The notes: a model not told the origin generated them from the letters alone. DNA of 10,159 bases from Candidatus Eiseniibacteriota bacterium (GCA_031364845.1 JANLWX010000059.1:1-10159); one strand, 5' to 3'; shown: positions 1 through 7,521, counted from the stretch's first letter. Translations and numbers: made by a program.

Positions 1-1
1 C

Positions 2-26
2 TGTTAAACGCAAATGAAGTGACCGC
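2..26 (+). repeat. Right terminal inverted repeat (IRR, downstream of transposase)
   Basis: TGTTAAAC (8 bp) followed by GCAAATGAAGTGACCGC (17 bp); inverted partner at 1400-1424. Confidence 0.9.
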
Positions 27-31
27 GTTTA

Positions 32-48
32 GCAAGTGAACTGACCGC
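32..48 (+). repeat. Internal direct repeat of the IR motif (putative second transposase-binding site)
   Basis: GCAAGTGAACTGACCGC matches 10-26 (GCAAATGAAGTGACCGC) at 15/17 positions, with a 22-bp offset. Confidence 0.85.
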
Positions 49-51
49 TGT

Positions 52-85
52 GCTGCCGGGGTCGTTTCGGCCCCCCGGCAGCTTT
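52..85. terminator. GC-rich hairpin between transposase stop and IRR (possible terminator)
   Basis: GCTGCCGGGG (52-61) is the perfect reverse complement of CCCCGGCAGC (73-82). TTT follows on the + strand; there is no U-tract on the transposase strand. Confidence 0.45.
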
Positions 86-92
86 CGCGGAG

Positions 93-1349
93 TCAGTTCG
101 TGGAAACGACCTCCAGGGATGCCCGCACAGCCCCGATCGTCATCGAGTCTGAGTCGGAGGTTGGGGGTGTCGCGGGTACTGACGGCGCGATGACACGACC
201 CTTAGGATCGAAGCGTCCGAGAGAGCGAGTGCCTGACCAGAGGGTGTGGACGCCGTCGAGGTGGCGGCGCGCGGTCACGCGCAGGCCCGCACACGTGAGG
301 CGTCCGGGTTGCTTGCCGATTTGAAGTCGCACGCCGTCCAACGTGATGGTGTTGTCTTTGCCCACGGTGCGTTCTTCCTCGTGACACAGGATCGTGTCGA
401 GGCTGACGCCGGCCAGCGGCACAAAGGCGGTGTCGGGGCAACTCGCCGGGCACGCGAACTCGGCATTGTAGTTCGGAATGAACTCCTCCTCGAGATAACG
501 GTTGGCACGTTCGAGCGTGGCGATGCGTGCGGTGCGCAGTTCGTTGACCAGCCGATCCTGGAGCGTGCGGTTGGCGCGCTCGCTGCGGCCGCGCGCCTGA
601 GGCGAGTAGGCCAGGATGTGCTCGATGCCCAGGCGCTTGAGTGCACGCCCGACCTGCGTGAACACGCTCTTGTCGACCGGCTCACCCTTGCGAGGGGTGA
701 ATGCGGCCCAGCTGGCGCGGTCGGAATACAGTGCGGCCGGGATCCCGTGCCGCGTGAGCACCGCCCACAGCGCCCGCATCACCGTGTACGTCGACTCACA
801 CAGTTCCAGCTGTGCGTACAGGATCTGCTTGGTGGCGTCGTCGATCACCACGATCAAGTGCGAATAGTCCTCGGGCCGCAGCGCCAGCCAGCGGTGCCGG
901 CTGCCGTCGATGTGCAGCATCTCGCCACAGCACGGCCGTGGCTCGCGCCGCATGCGATGCTTGCCGCGCGGGCGCCGCTTGCGCACCAGCCCGGCGCCTT
1001 GCAGCACGCGCCGCATCAGCGTGTACGACCACGTCAGCCCATGCTTGCGGCGGGCGATCGAGCAAAAGTGCCGCACGTTGTAGCCCGCGAAGTGCTCCCG
1101 ATACAACCGCAACCACTTCTGGATCTCCTTCGCCGGCACGGCACGATCCGACGGACTTTGCCGTCGGCCGTCGTACAATCCGTCGATGCCACTCTCGTCG
1201 AACTTCTCGCGCCAGCGCCGGACCGTCCGTGGGCTCAACCCCAACACTTCGGCCGCCTGGATCCACGTCATCTTGCCCGCAAGGGCCTCCAGTAATACCT
1301 CTCGCATCTTCATCGCTCGCTCCTTGGCGGTGGGTGAATAGGCCTGCAT
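93..1349 (-). CDS. IS1202/ISNCY-family DDE transposase (N-terminal HTH, integrase core, C-terminal beta domain)
   Basis: 418 aa. HTH: AAEVLGLSPRTVRRWR. Family motifs: GEMLHIDGS, VIDDAT, HGIPAALYSDR, TQVGRALKRLGIEHI, SPQARGRSER, TLQDRLVNELR. AGGAGG (1355-1360) lies 5 nt before the ATG. Confidence 0.93.
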   Translation of the reverse strand: MQAYSPTAKERAMKMREVLLEALAGKMTWIQAAEVLGLSPRTVRRWREKFDESGIDGLYDGRRQSPSDRAVPAKEIQKWLRLYREHFAGYNVRHFCSIARRKHGLTWSYTLMRRVLQGAGLVRKRRPRGKHRMRREPRPCCGEMLHIDGSRHRWLALRPEDYSHLIVVIDDATKQILYAQLELCESTYTVMRALWAVLTRHGIPAALYSDRASWAAFTPRKGEPVDKSVFTQVGRALKRLGIEHILAYSPQARGRSERANRTLQDRLVNELRTARIATLERANRYLEEEFIPNYNAEFACPASCPDTAFVPLAGVSLDTILCHEEERTVGKDNTITLDGVRLQIGKQPGRLTCAGLRVTARRHLDGVHTLWSGTRSLGRFDPKGRVIAPSVPATPPTSDSDSMTIGAVRASLEVVSTN

Positions 1350-1399
1350 CAGCTCCTCCTGGGTGGGAGAAGCCGCCGGTCTATCACCCCCGCCGCTGA

Positions 1400-1424
1400 G
1401 CGGTCACATCATGTGCTCTCTACA
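1400..1424 (-). repeat. Left terminal inverted repeat (IRL, upstream of transposase)
   Basis: Reverse complement reads TGTAGAGA + GCACATGATGTGACCGC; 19/25 identical to IRR. Confidence 0.9.
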
Positions 1425-1441
1425 TCCGCTCCCACGATCCG

Positions 1442-1471
1442 TTGACACCCCGCCGCTTCCTCTGGAAGAGT
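1442..1471 (+). promoter_or_regulatory. Putative sigma70 promoter for the GT-C/AbgT genes
   Basis: Perfect TTGACA (1442-1447), an 18-bp spacer ending in TGG, and a weak -10 AAGAGT (1466-1471) lying 8 nt before ATG 1480. No SD sequence is visible. Confidence 0.35.
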
Positions 1472-1479
1472 CCCGCGCC

Positions 1480-3234
1480 ATGGTGCCGTCCCGGGATCTG
1501 CACACGCGCAACGGAGGGACGTCGCTGGCGTCGCCGTGGTTCCTCGGCGTGTTGCTGATCGCCGCGGCATGGTGGGCGCTCGATCTGGGCGCGTTCCGCG
1601 CGGGAGTGCCACATCCTTCCGACGATCACTGGGAAGACCTGCTGATCGCGCGGCATGTCACCGCCGGCGAAGGCATGCGCACGCCGCTCATCTATCCCCC
1701 GCTGTGGGGATTGCGCGATCCGCACACGCTCACGATCCCAGTGCTGGTGCATGGGCCGCTGCTCGGGCTCGTGTCGGTGCCGTTGCTCTCGACGTTCGGA
1801 CCTCACGCGCTCGATTCGTTCGCTCCGTTTGCGGCGCTGTGCGCGCTGCTCGCGCTGATTCCGATCTTTCACCTCGGTGCACGCCACTTCGGCGCTCCGG
1901 TCGGCGCGGCCGCGGCTGGGCTCTTCACACTCTCGCCGCTCACGCTCGAAGCGGTGCATCACAGCGGCTCGGTGGTGATGGGTGCGGCATTGATCGCGTG
2001 GACGATCGATCTCATCGCACGGCAGCGCCCACTTCCGATCGTCGCCGGGCTGGTCGCGGGGATCTCCTATCTCGTGCGGCCGGAGACGCTGGTCGCGATG
2101 CCGGTGCTTTCGGGACTCGCGGGCTTCGCGGCGGCGAGCGCGGGCGGCGCGCGCTGGCCGGCGCGCGGCGCTTCGTCGCAGGCGACCGGATGGACCGCCG
2201 CGGGCACGCTCGCCCTGGCCTTCGCGGTGGTCGCGCTGCCGTGGTGGATCCACCACCTGCGCGTGATCGGTTCCCCGCTCTTCAATCTCAGCTCGTACAC
2301 GTTGATCGGCTTCTGGGGAACCCGACCGGACGTCACCGTCATGCAGGACTTCGCGCTCACACCCGAGCGCTGGCCCGCGGTGATGCGCGCCGAGTTGCCG
2401 GGCATGTCCGCCAAGTGGTTCGCGTTCTTCCCGCACGCGGTGAAGAACGCGCTGTTCACGCCGAGCGGCGCAACCGGCTGGCTGGTCCCGATCGGTCTGC
2501 TCGCGGCACTCGCGGGGTTCGCGCGCCCGCGGACGGGTCACGAAGCGCCGCGCACCGCGCGCGAAGCGGACCCCGCTCCCGCGCGTCGTTTCGCGCTCGG
2601 TGCCGCGGTGCTCGCGATGATTCCGATGGCGTCGATGACGCTCACCGCGCACCAGCGGCTCTATCTGCTGCCGTTCGCACCCCTGTTCGCGATCGGCGCG
2701 GCGGTGGGTGCGAGTGTGGTGGTCCGCGCGATGCCGGAGTGGGCACAGCGGCCGCGCACCTGGGCGGGCGTGCTGGCGCTGCTGATGCTGCCTTCCGCCC
2801 TGCCGGCGCTCAAGTCGGCCGCCGATGAAGCGCGCATGCTCGAGCGCCGCCTCGTCGCCGAGCGCGAAGCCATCGAGCATGCCTTCGCGAACACCGGCGC
2901 CGATTCCTCGTTCGCCTCCGGCGACAGCACCAGCATGCGCGGAAGCATCGCGAATCCTGGCCACGCCCCACGGCTCCTGTTCTCCGATACACCGGACTAC
3001 GTCGCGTGGGTCACCGGCCTGCCGACGGCGTGGGTGATGCGCGCGCAGTTCGATCGTCTCTATCCTCCGGACGGCGGCGCGGGCGAAGCGGCGCGATTCG
3101 ATCTGCCGCCGCGCGACCAGGTCGCGGGCTGGTTCCACGAAGACTTCCGCGATCCGAGGAACGTGGGCGTCGTGGTCCGGGCGGCGGCGGGCGATTCGAC
3201 GAACGCCTCCGATGAGACCGTGGCCCGGCCGTGA
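1480..3234 (+). CDS. GT-C superfamily multi-pass membrane glycosyltransferase (PMT/ArnT, GT39/GT83-like)
   Basis: Many hydrophobic helices, an acidic motif after TM1 (SDDHWEDLLIARH), HGPL, RPE and RLYLLP motifs, and a soluble C-terminal domain. Start moved to ATG 1480 because the ORF-track start (1363) lies inside the IS. Substrate unknown. Confidence 0.65.
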   Translation: MVPSRDLHTRNGGTSLASPWFLGVLLIAAAWWALDLGAFRAGVPHPSDDHWEDLLIARHVTAGEGMRTPLIYPPLWGLRDPHTLTIPVLVHGPLLGLVSVPLLSTFGPHALDSFAPFAALCALLALIPIFHLGARHFGAPVGAAAAGLFTLSPLTLEAVHHSGSVVMGAALIAWTIDLIARQRPLPIVAGLVAGISYLVRPETLVAMPVLSGLAGFAAASAGGARWPARGASSQATGWTAAGTLALAFAVVALPWWIHHLRVIGSPLFNLSSYTLIGFWGTRPDVTVMQDFALTPERWPAVMRAELPGMSAKWFAFFPHAVKNALFTPSGATGWLVPIGLLAALAGFARPRTGHEAPRTAREADPAPARRFALGAAVLAMIPMASMTLTAHQRLYLLPFAPLFAIGAAVGASVVVRAMPEWAQRPRTWAGVLALLMLPSALPALKSAADEARMLERRLVAEREAIEHAFANTGADSSFASGDSTSMRGSIANPGHAPRLLFSDTPDYVAWVTGLPTAWVMRAQFDRLYPPDGGAGEAARFDLPPRDQVAGWFHEDFRDPRNVGVVVRAAAGDSTNASDETVARP

Positions 3235-4766
3235 CCACGACGCGCACCGCACCCGCGCCGCCGCATGGTTTCCTCGACACCATCGAGCGCTTCGGCAACT
3301 CGCTTCCGAATCCGATCACGCTGTTCGTGCTGCTCGCTTTCGCCGTGCTCGTGATGTCGGCGATCGCCGACGCGCTGGGCTGGAGCGTGGTGCACCCCAA
3401 GGACGGCTCGCTCATCACCGCCGTCAATCTGCTCGACCGCGCCGGCATCCGGCGCATCTTCACCGAGGCGATCAAGAACTTCATGGGCTTCGCCCCGCTC
3501 GGCACGGTCCTCGCGGCGATGATCGGCATCGGCGTCGCCGAGCGCGGCGGCCTCGTGCCGGTGCTGCTGCGCGCGACGGTCATGAACGTACCGCGCCAGC
3601 TGCTGACGGCGACCATCGTGTTCGTCGGCGTGAACGCGAACCTCGCGGCCGACGCCGGGATCGTTCTGCTCCCGCCGATCGCCGCGATGCTGTTCGCCGC
3701 GGTCGGCCGCCATCCGCTCGCCGGAATCGCGGCCGCGTTCGCCGGCGTCGCGGGCGGCTTCAGTGCCAACCTCTTGCCGAGCACGCTCGACGTGCTGCTC
3801 GCAGGATTCACCCAGGAAGCGGTCGACGCCTCCAAGCTGTTCGAGGGCTATCACGTCCAGGTGCTCGGCAACTACTGGTTCCTCGCGGTGTCGACGCCGT
3901 TCTTGACGGTGCTCGGCACGTGGGTCACGCACCGCTTCGTCGAACCGCGGCTCGGACCGTGGAAGGGAGACACCGGCGAGACGCTGGAGACGCTGACGCC
4001 TGCCGAACGCCGCGGGCTGAACGCGGCGGGCATCGCGACGCTCGCGACGCTGATCGGATTCGCGCTGCTCGCGGTACCCGCCGGCGCTCCGTTGCGCGGC
4101 GAGGGTGCCACGCTGCTCGATCAACTGAAGCCGTTCTTCGACAGCATGGTGCTGATGGTGCTGCTGCTGTTCCTGATTCCGGGGCTCGCGTATGGCATCG
4201 CGGCCGGAACCATCAAGAACGATCACGATGTCGCGATCATGACCGGCGAGACCATGGGCACGATGGGCGGCTACATCGTGCTCGCGTTCGCGGCCTCGCA
4301 GTTCATCGCGTGGTTCGCGTGGTCCAACCTCGGCGCGATCGTCGCGATCTCCGGAGCCGAAGCGCTGCGCTCGGCCGGCTTCCAGGGTGGGCTGCTGCTC
4401 GCGGCGTTCATCCTGCTCACGGCGGTGCTCGACCTGTTCATGTCGTCGGCATCGGCCAAGTGGGCGATCATGGCGCCGGTGTTCGTGCCGATGTTCGTGC
4501 TGCTCGGCTTCACGCCCGAAGCCACCCAGGTCGTGTACCGGATCGGCGACTCATCGGTGAACATCATCTCGCCGCTGATGCCGTACATGCCATTCATCCT
4601 GGCCTACGCCCAGCGCTACGTGCCGCGCACCGGCATGGGCACGCTGATCACGATGATGCTGCCCTACTCGATCGTGTTCCTCGTGATGTGGACGCTGCTG
4701 CTGCTCGCCTTCTACTGGCTCGGCTGGCCGATCGGGCCGGGAGTCGGGATCTCGCTCAGCCGGTGA
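3231..4766 (+). CDS. abgT: AbgT-family transporter (p-aminobenzoyl-glutamate transporter / MtrF / YdaH-like)
   Basis: 511 aa. Family motifs: FLDTIERFGNSLPNPITLF, GFAPLG, GRHPLAGIAAAFAGVAGGFSAN, SASAKWAIMAPVFVPMF, YRIGDSSVNIISPLMPY. The start overlaps the upstream stop (GTGA). Confidence 0.93.
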   Translation: MTTTRTAPAPPHGFLDTIERFGNSLPNPITLFVLLAFAVLVMSAIADALGWSVVHPKDGSLITAVNLLDRAGIRRIFTEAIKNFMGFAPLGTVLAAMIGIGVAERGGLVPVLLRATVMNVPRQLLTATIVFVGVNANLAADAGIVLLPPIAAMLFAAVGRHPLAGIAAAFAGVAGGFSANLLPSTLDVLLAGFTQEAVDASKLFEGYHVQVLGNYWFLAVSTPFLTVLGTWVTHRFVEPRLGPWKGDTGETLETLTPAERRGLNAAGIATLATLIGFALLAVPAGAPLRGEGATLLDQLKPFFDSMVLMVLLLFLIPGLAYGIAAGTIKNDHDVAIMTGETMGTMGGYIVLAFAASQFIAWFAWSNLGAIVAISGAEALRSAGFQGGLLLAAFILLTAVLDLFMSSASAKWAIMAPVFVPMFVLLGFTPEATQVVYRIGDSSVNIISPLMPYMPFILAYAQRYVPRTGMGTLITMMLPYSIVFLVMWTLLLLAFYWLGWPIGPGVGISLSR

Positions 4767-4787
4767 TGCGCAGTCAGACCGGGGTCG

Positions 4788-6830
4788 TCAACGAATCCAA
4801 CACACTCGGGCAACAGCCTGCCGCAAGCCCTGACTGAGTCGCACCAAGTAGATGCCTGCTCTCAACGACCCTCGTCGGAGAACGAACGCATTCGATCCGG
4901 CCTCTGGGTTTCCAATCTCCCGCTCCATCACTCGCCGGCCTGTCACGTCGAAGAGTTCGATTGTGCAAGATCGTGCGTCGGGCAGACTGAAGTCGATGGT
5001 CAAATCTCCCGCTCCGGGATTCGGAGTCGGGTCGCGCAGCGCGAATTCCGGTATTCGGGGCACGATGACACTGGCAAGGGTCGCCAGGATGGGTCTGAAG
5101 AGGTCGCCCCAAGCGATCGCGTAGTCATAGTCGCGCCCGGGAACGACTGACCTGTCTACAAATTCGATACGGTCGTGGAAATCCGTGTTTGCCGAACCGG
5201 TCAGGATCCATGGGCCATCGGGCTCGCGACGGAAGATCGACACGGGCACGTCATGCTCGAGTCCCGCAAGCTCCCAGATCACGAGAACTCGATCGAATTG
5301 AGCTTCTGCGCTGACGAGTGACGCGAGCACAGGAACTTTTTCGCTCGGCGCTACCCGCGCCGCATAGACCTGCGCGACTGAGTCGCGTTCATCGATCCAC
5401 GCCACGATCGCTGAACCGTCGGCCCCGCTCACGACGACGGGATCATGTTGTGGCCCTGGCGCTCCGCAAGCGACGACTCCCTCCGTCAACCAGTCCTCGC
5501 TGATGGAGCCGCCGCCGGTCAGGTGCTGAACGTAGACATCCGTGTCGCCGCTGCGGGAATCCTCCCATGCCACAAGGATTCCTCCTTCGCCATCCGCCAC
5601 GACGGTTGGCCTTTGTTGATCTCCTGCGACCGTGCAGACGGGCAAGCCATCGACAGGCCACCCAACCGCCAGCTCTCCGCTCGGCAGGACGTGCTGCGCG
5701 TAGATATCCCCCTCACCCGTTCGGGAACTATCCCGATAATCGGTCCACACGATGAAGGCTCCGCCCGTCCCGTCGGCTGCGACCGAACTGACCGGCAAGG
5801 AGTTGGTCGTGCCCAGTGTTCGCCTGCCGCCAGCTGCCGTGGGACGGCTGCACAAGATCCGGCCCGAATCCGGCCATCCGGGAGCAAACATGTCGTCCAT
5901 GAGAATCCGCTGGCAGAAAACTCTCGCTTCCGGCCCGAGCCGCCGATCTTCCCAGAACAGAAAGATGCCGCCGTCGCTGTCGGACACCATTGCCGGTGCA
6001 TCGAGGTTCACGTTCGTCGAGCAAGGAGCCATCCAGTGATTCGACTCCCCGTGCGGGCCAAGATGGTTGAGATACAACCTGCTCGGGTCGCCTCGGCGGA
6101 CGTAGGACACGAACACTCCGCCACCACCATCGGGCGCGATCGCCGAACGCCATTCGGTGCCGAAGAGGCTGTTCATGAACAGTCCTCCCTGCTCCCATCC
6201 GAGTTTCGGAACTCCCGTGGGATGGAATTGAGTGGCATGTACCTTTTCGGCTCCGGTTGAAATCGCCGTGCGTGATAGGAGCAAGTCGTTCGTCTCGGGA
6301 TTGAGACACAGCGCGACCTGCGTGTTGCCCGAGGGCCGGTTGATCTCATTCAGTGGACCGCCCGCCAGCGAGCCCGACGACAGTCGCTCTCTGAAGATGA
6401 TCCCTTCCGCGGGCCATCCGTCAGCGACACTCCCAAAGGCGGAGACCTTCTGGAACACGAGCGATGGGCTGGAACTGCCGAAGTGGTCGTAGGTGGCCGC
6501 CGCATACGCTCCCCCGTTCCCGTCGGAAACGATGGCCGGAGCTTCGTTCATCGTCGAAATGTTGAGTCCCTCAAGAGCCCAGCCCGGTGCGACATTTCCG
6601 TTTCCGGTGATGCGCTGGACGAAGTGCCCCCGATTCGGTCGTGGGAGCACCCAGGTCAGAAAGGCACCACCCGCACCATCGGATGCGCCGAACACCTGGC
6701 CTTGCGACACCGTCGAGGGAGCGACGGGTTGGCCGTTTTCCCGCCAGTCAGCGGAACAAGCGCCTGGGGATTGAAAATGAAAGATCCAGATGACAACAGC
6801 GCAGGACGTACCCTGACGGACTCGACCCAT
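4788..6830 (-). CDS. Secreted repeat (probable beta-propeller) protein with Ig/Fn3-like linker and T9SS type A-like C-terminal sorting domain
   Basis: ATG 6830 is preceded by GGAG and followed by a signal-peptide-like segment (MGRVR...AVVIWIF...ACSA). Seven DGxGG-hydrophobic repeats follow. The C-terminus reads PTPNP...IELFDVTGRRV...LRAGIYLVRL. Alternative start at 6881. Confidence 0.8.
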   Translation of the reverse strand: MGRVRQGTSCAVVIWIFHFQSPGACSADWRENGQPVAPSTVSQGQVFGASDGAGGAFLTWVLPRPNRGHFVQRITGNGNVAPGWALEGLNISTMNEAPAIVSDGNGGAYAAATYDHFGSSSPSLVFQKVSAFGSVADGWPAEGIIFRERLSSGSLAGGPLNEINRPSGNTQVALCLNPETNDLLLSRTAISTGAEKVHATQFHPTGVPKLGWEQGGLFMNSLFGTEWRSAIAPDGGGGVFVSYVRRGDPSRLYLNHLGPHGESNHWMAPCSTNVNLDAPAMVSDSDGGIFLFWEDRRLGPEARVFCQRILMDDMFAPGWPDSGRILCSRPTAAGGRRTLGTTNSLPVSSVAADGTGGAFIVWTDYRDSSRTGEGDIYAQHVLPSGELAVGWPVDGLPVCTVAGDQQRPTVVADGEGGILVAWEDSRSGDTDVYVQHLTGGGSISEDWLTEGVVACGAPGPQHDPVVVSGADGSAIVAWIDERDSVAQVYAARVAPSEKVPVLASLVSAEAQFDRVLVIWELAGLEHDVPVSIFRREPDGPWILTGSANTDFHDRIEFVDRSVVPGRDYDYAIAWGDLFRPILATLASVIVPRIPEFALRDPTPNPGAGDLTIDFSLPDARSCTIELFDVTGRRVMEREIGNPEAGSNAFVLRRGSLRAGIYLVRLSQGLRQAVARVCWIR

Positions 6831-6988
6831 TTTGTGACTCCGATCGCAGGCCGAGAGTGCTCGCAACGGCCATCGGATCACTATGCTCTTCGTTCAGGTG
6901 CGAGGTCTACGTTTGATTCGCGGGGCCGCAGGGAACCGTGGCCCATGGCGCACTCCTGGGCAAATGCTCGAAGACCGAAACCTGCGTC

Positions 6989-7366
6989 TCAGCGCTTCCC
7001 TCCCGCCGTCACTTCGCCGCGCCGCCGCGCGGCAATCACGAACATCCAGGTCGCGAGCAGGAACAGTCCGAGGGTTTCGCGTGACTCCTCGATCGCCGGC
7101 GTCTCGGCCTTCATCTTCTCGGCGATGTGCCCCCACGCGAAACCGGTCTGGAGGTGCACCATGATCCACACGCCCCACACCAGTGCGGTGAGCCCGATCA
7201 GCGCGGGCGCCTGCCAGCCGTGACTCGCCTTCGCGGCACTCATCGCGCAGATCAAGGCACCGGCGGCGTAGATCAGGAACCACTGGACGGGATCGGGATC
7301 GTTGAGCTGGACGATCGCGCTGAGCGTGAACAACAGCGCCATCATGATGTTCAGAACGCGGAACAC
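6989..7366 (-). CDS. Transmembrane 220 (TMEM220) family protein
   Basis: Four hydrophobic helices and the signatures QLNDPDPVQWFLIY and IEESRETLGL. GGAGG (7372-7376) 5 nt upstream favours GTG 7366 over 7372. Confidence 0.85.
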   Translation of the reverse strand: MFRVLNIMMALLFTLSAIVQLNDPDPVQWFLIYAAGALICAMSAAKASHGWQAPALIGLTALVWGVWIMVHLQTGFAWGHIAEKMKAETPAIEESRETLGLFLLATWMFVIAARRRGEVTAGGKR

Positions 7367-7521
7367 GGTCACCTCCGGGTCGAGTCACTGCGCGTCGCGT
7401 TGCGTCGGACCGCATCGCCGCGCCCGCGAGAATCGACTAGGATTCGCGTCGAACGCAAACCGTCGCGGCCGCATGCGCCGCGCGGAACCGGAGACCGTTG
7501 GCCCCACGCCGGAAGCCATCC

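Larger units (their letters stand above)
2..1424 (-). mobile_element. Complete IS1202-family (ISNCY, IS481-related) insertion sequence, 1423 bp
   Basis: Bounded by TGT (2-4) and ACA (1422-1424). The 25-bp ends TGTTAAACGCAAATGAAGTGACCGC and (reverse complement) TGTAGAGAGCACATGATGTGACCGC match at 19/25 positions and enclose a single DDE transposase ORF. The target duplication cannot be determined because only 1 bp of left flank is present. Confidence 0.9.

Noticed and set aside
1..1. Target-site duplication
   Set aside because: Only one flanking base (C) is present. It fits several duplication lengths and is uninformative.
10..48. CRISPR-like or iteron repeat
   Set aside because: Only two 17-bp copies 5 bp apart, and they are explained as IS end motifs. 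No cas or rep gene is present.
1425..1460. Xer/dif (xrs) site next to the IS, as targeted by one IS1202 subgroup
   Set aside because: The flank TCCGCTCCCACGATCCGTTGACACCCCGCC has no XerC/XerD arm (no TTATGTTAAAT-like sequence). The other flank is outside the window and cannot be tested.
1363..1479. N-terminal extension of the GT-C ORF starting inside the IS
   Set aside because: It crosses the IS terminal repeat and the putative promoter, so it is most likely a chance open frame.
1420..3252. Long antisense or alternative-frame ORFs (also 246-1295, 1536-2828, 3060-4226, 3212-4837, 7302-8453, 7369-8379)
   Set aside because: Arg/Ala/Gly-rich shadows of well-supported genes, as expected in high-GC DNA; no motifs.
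4767..4787. Terminators between convergent gene pairs (also 8449-8464)
   Set aside because: The 21-bp and 16-bp gaps contain no convincing stem-loop with a U-tract.
6922..6944. GGGCC...GGCCC hairpin as a terminator for the TMEM220 gene
   Set aside because: Short, imperfect stem without a U-tract; expected by chance at this GC content.
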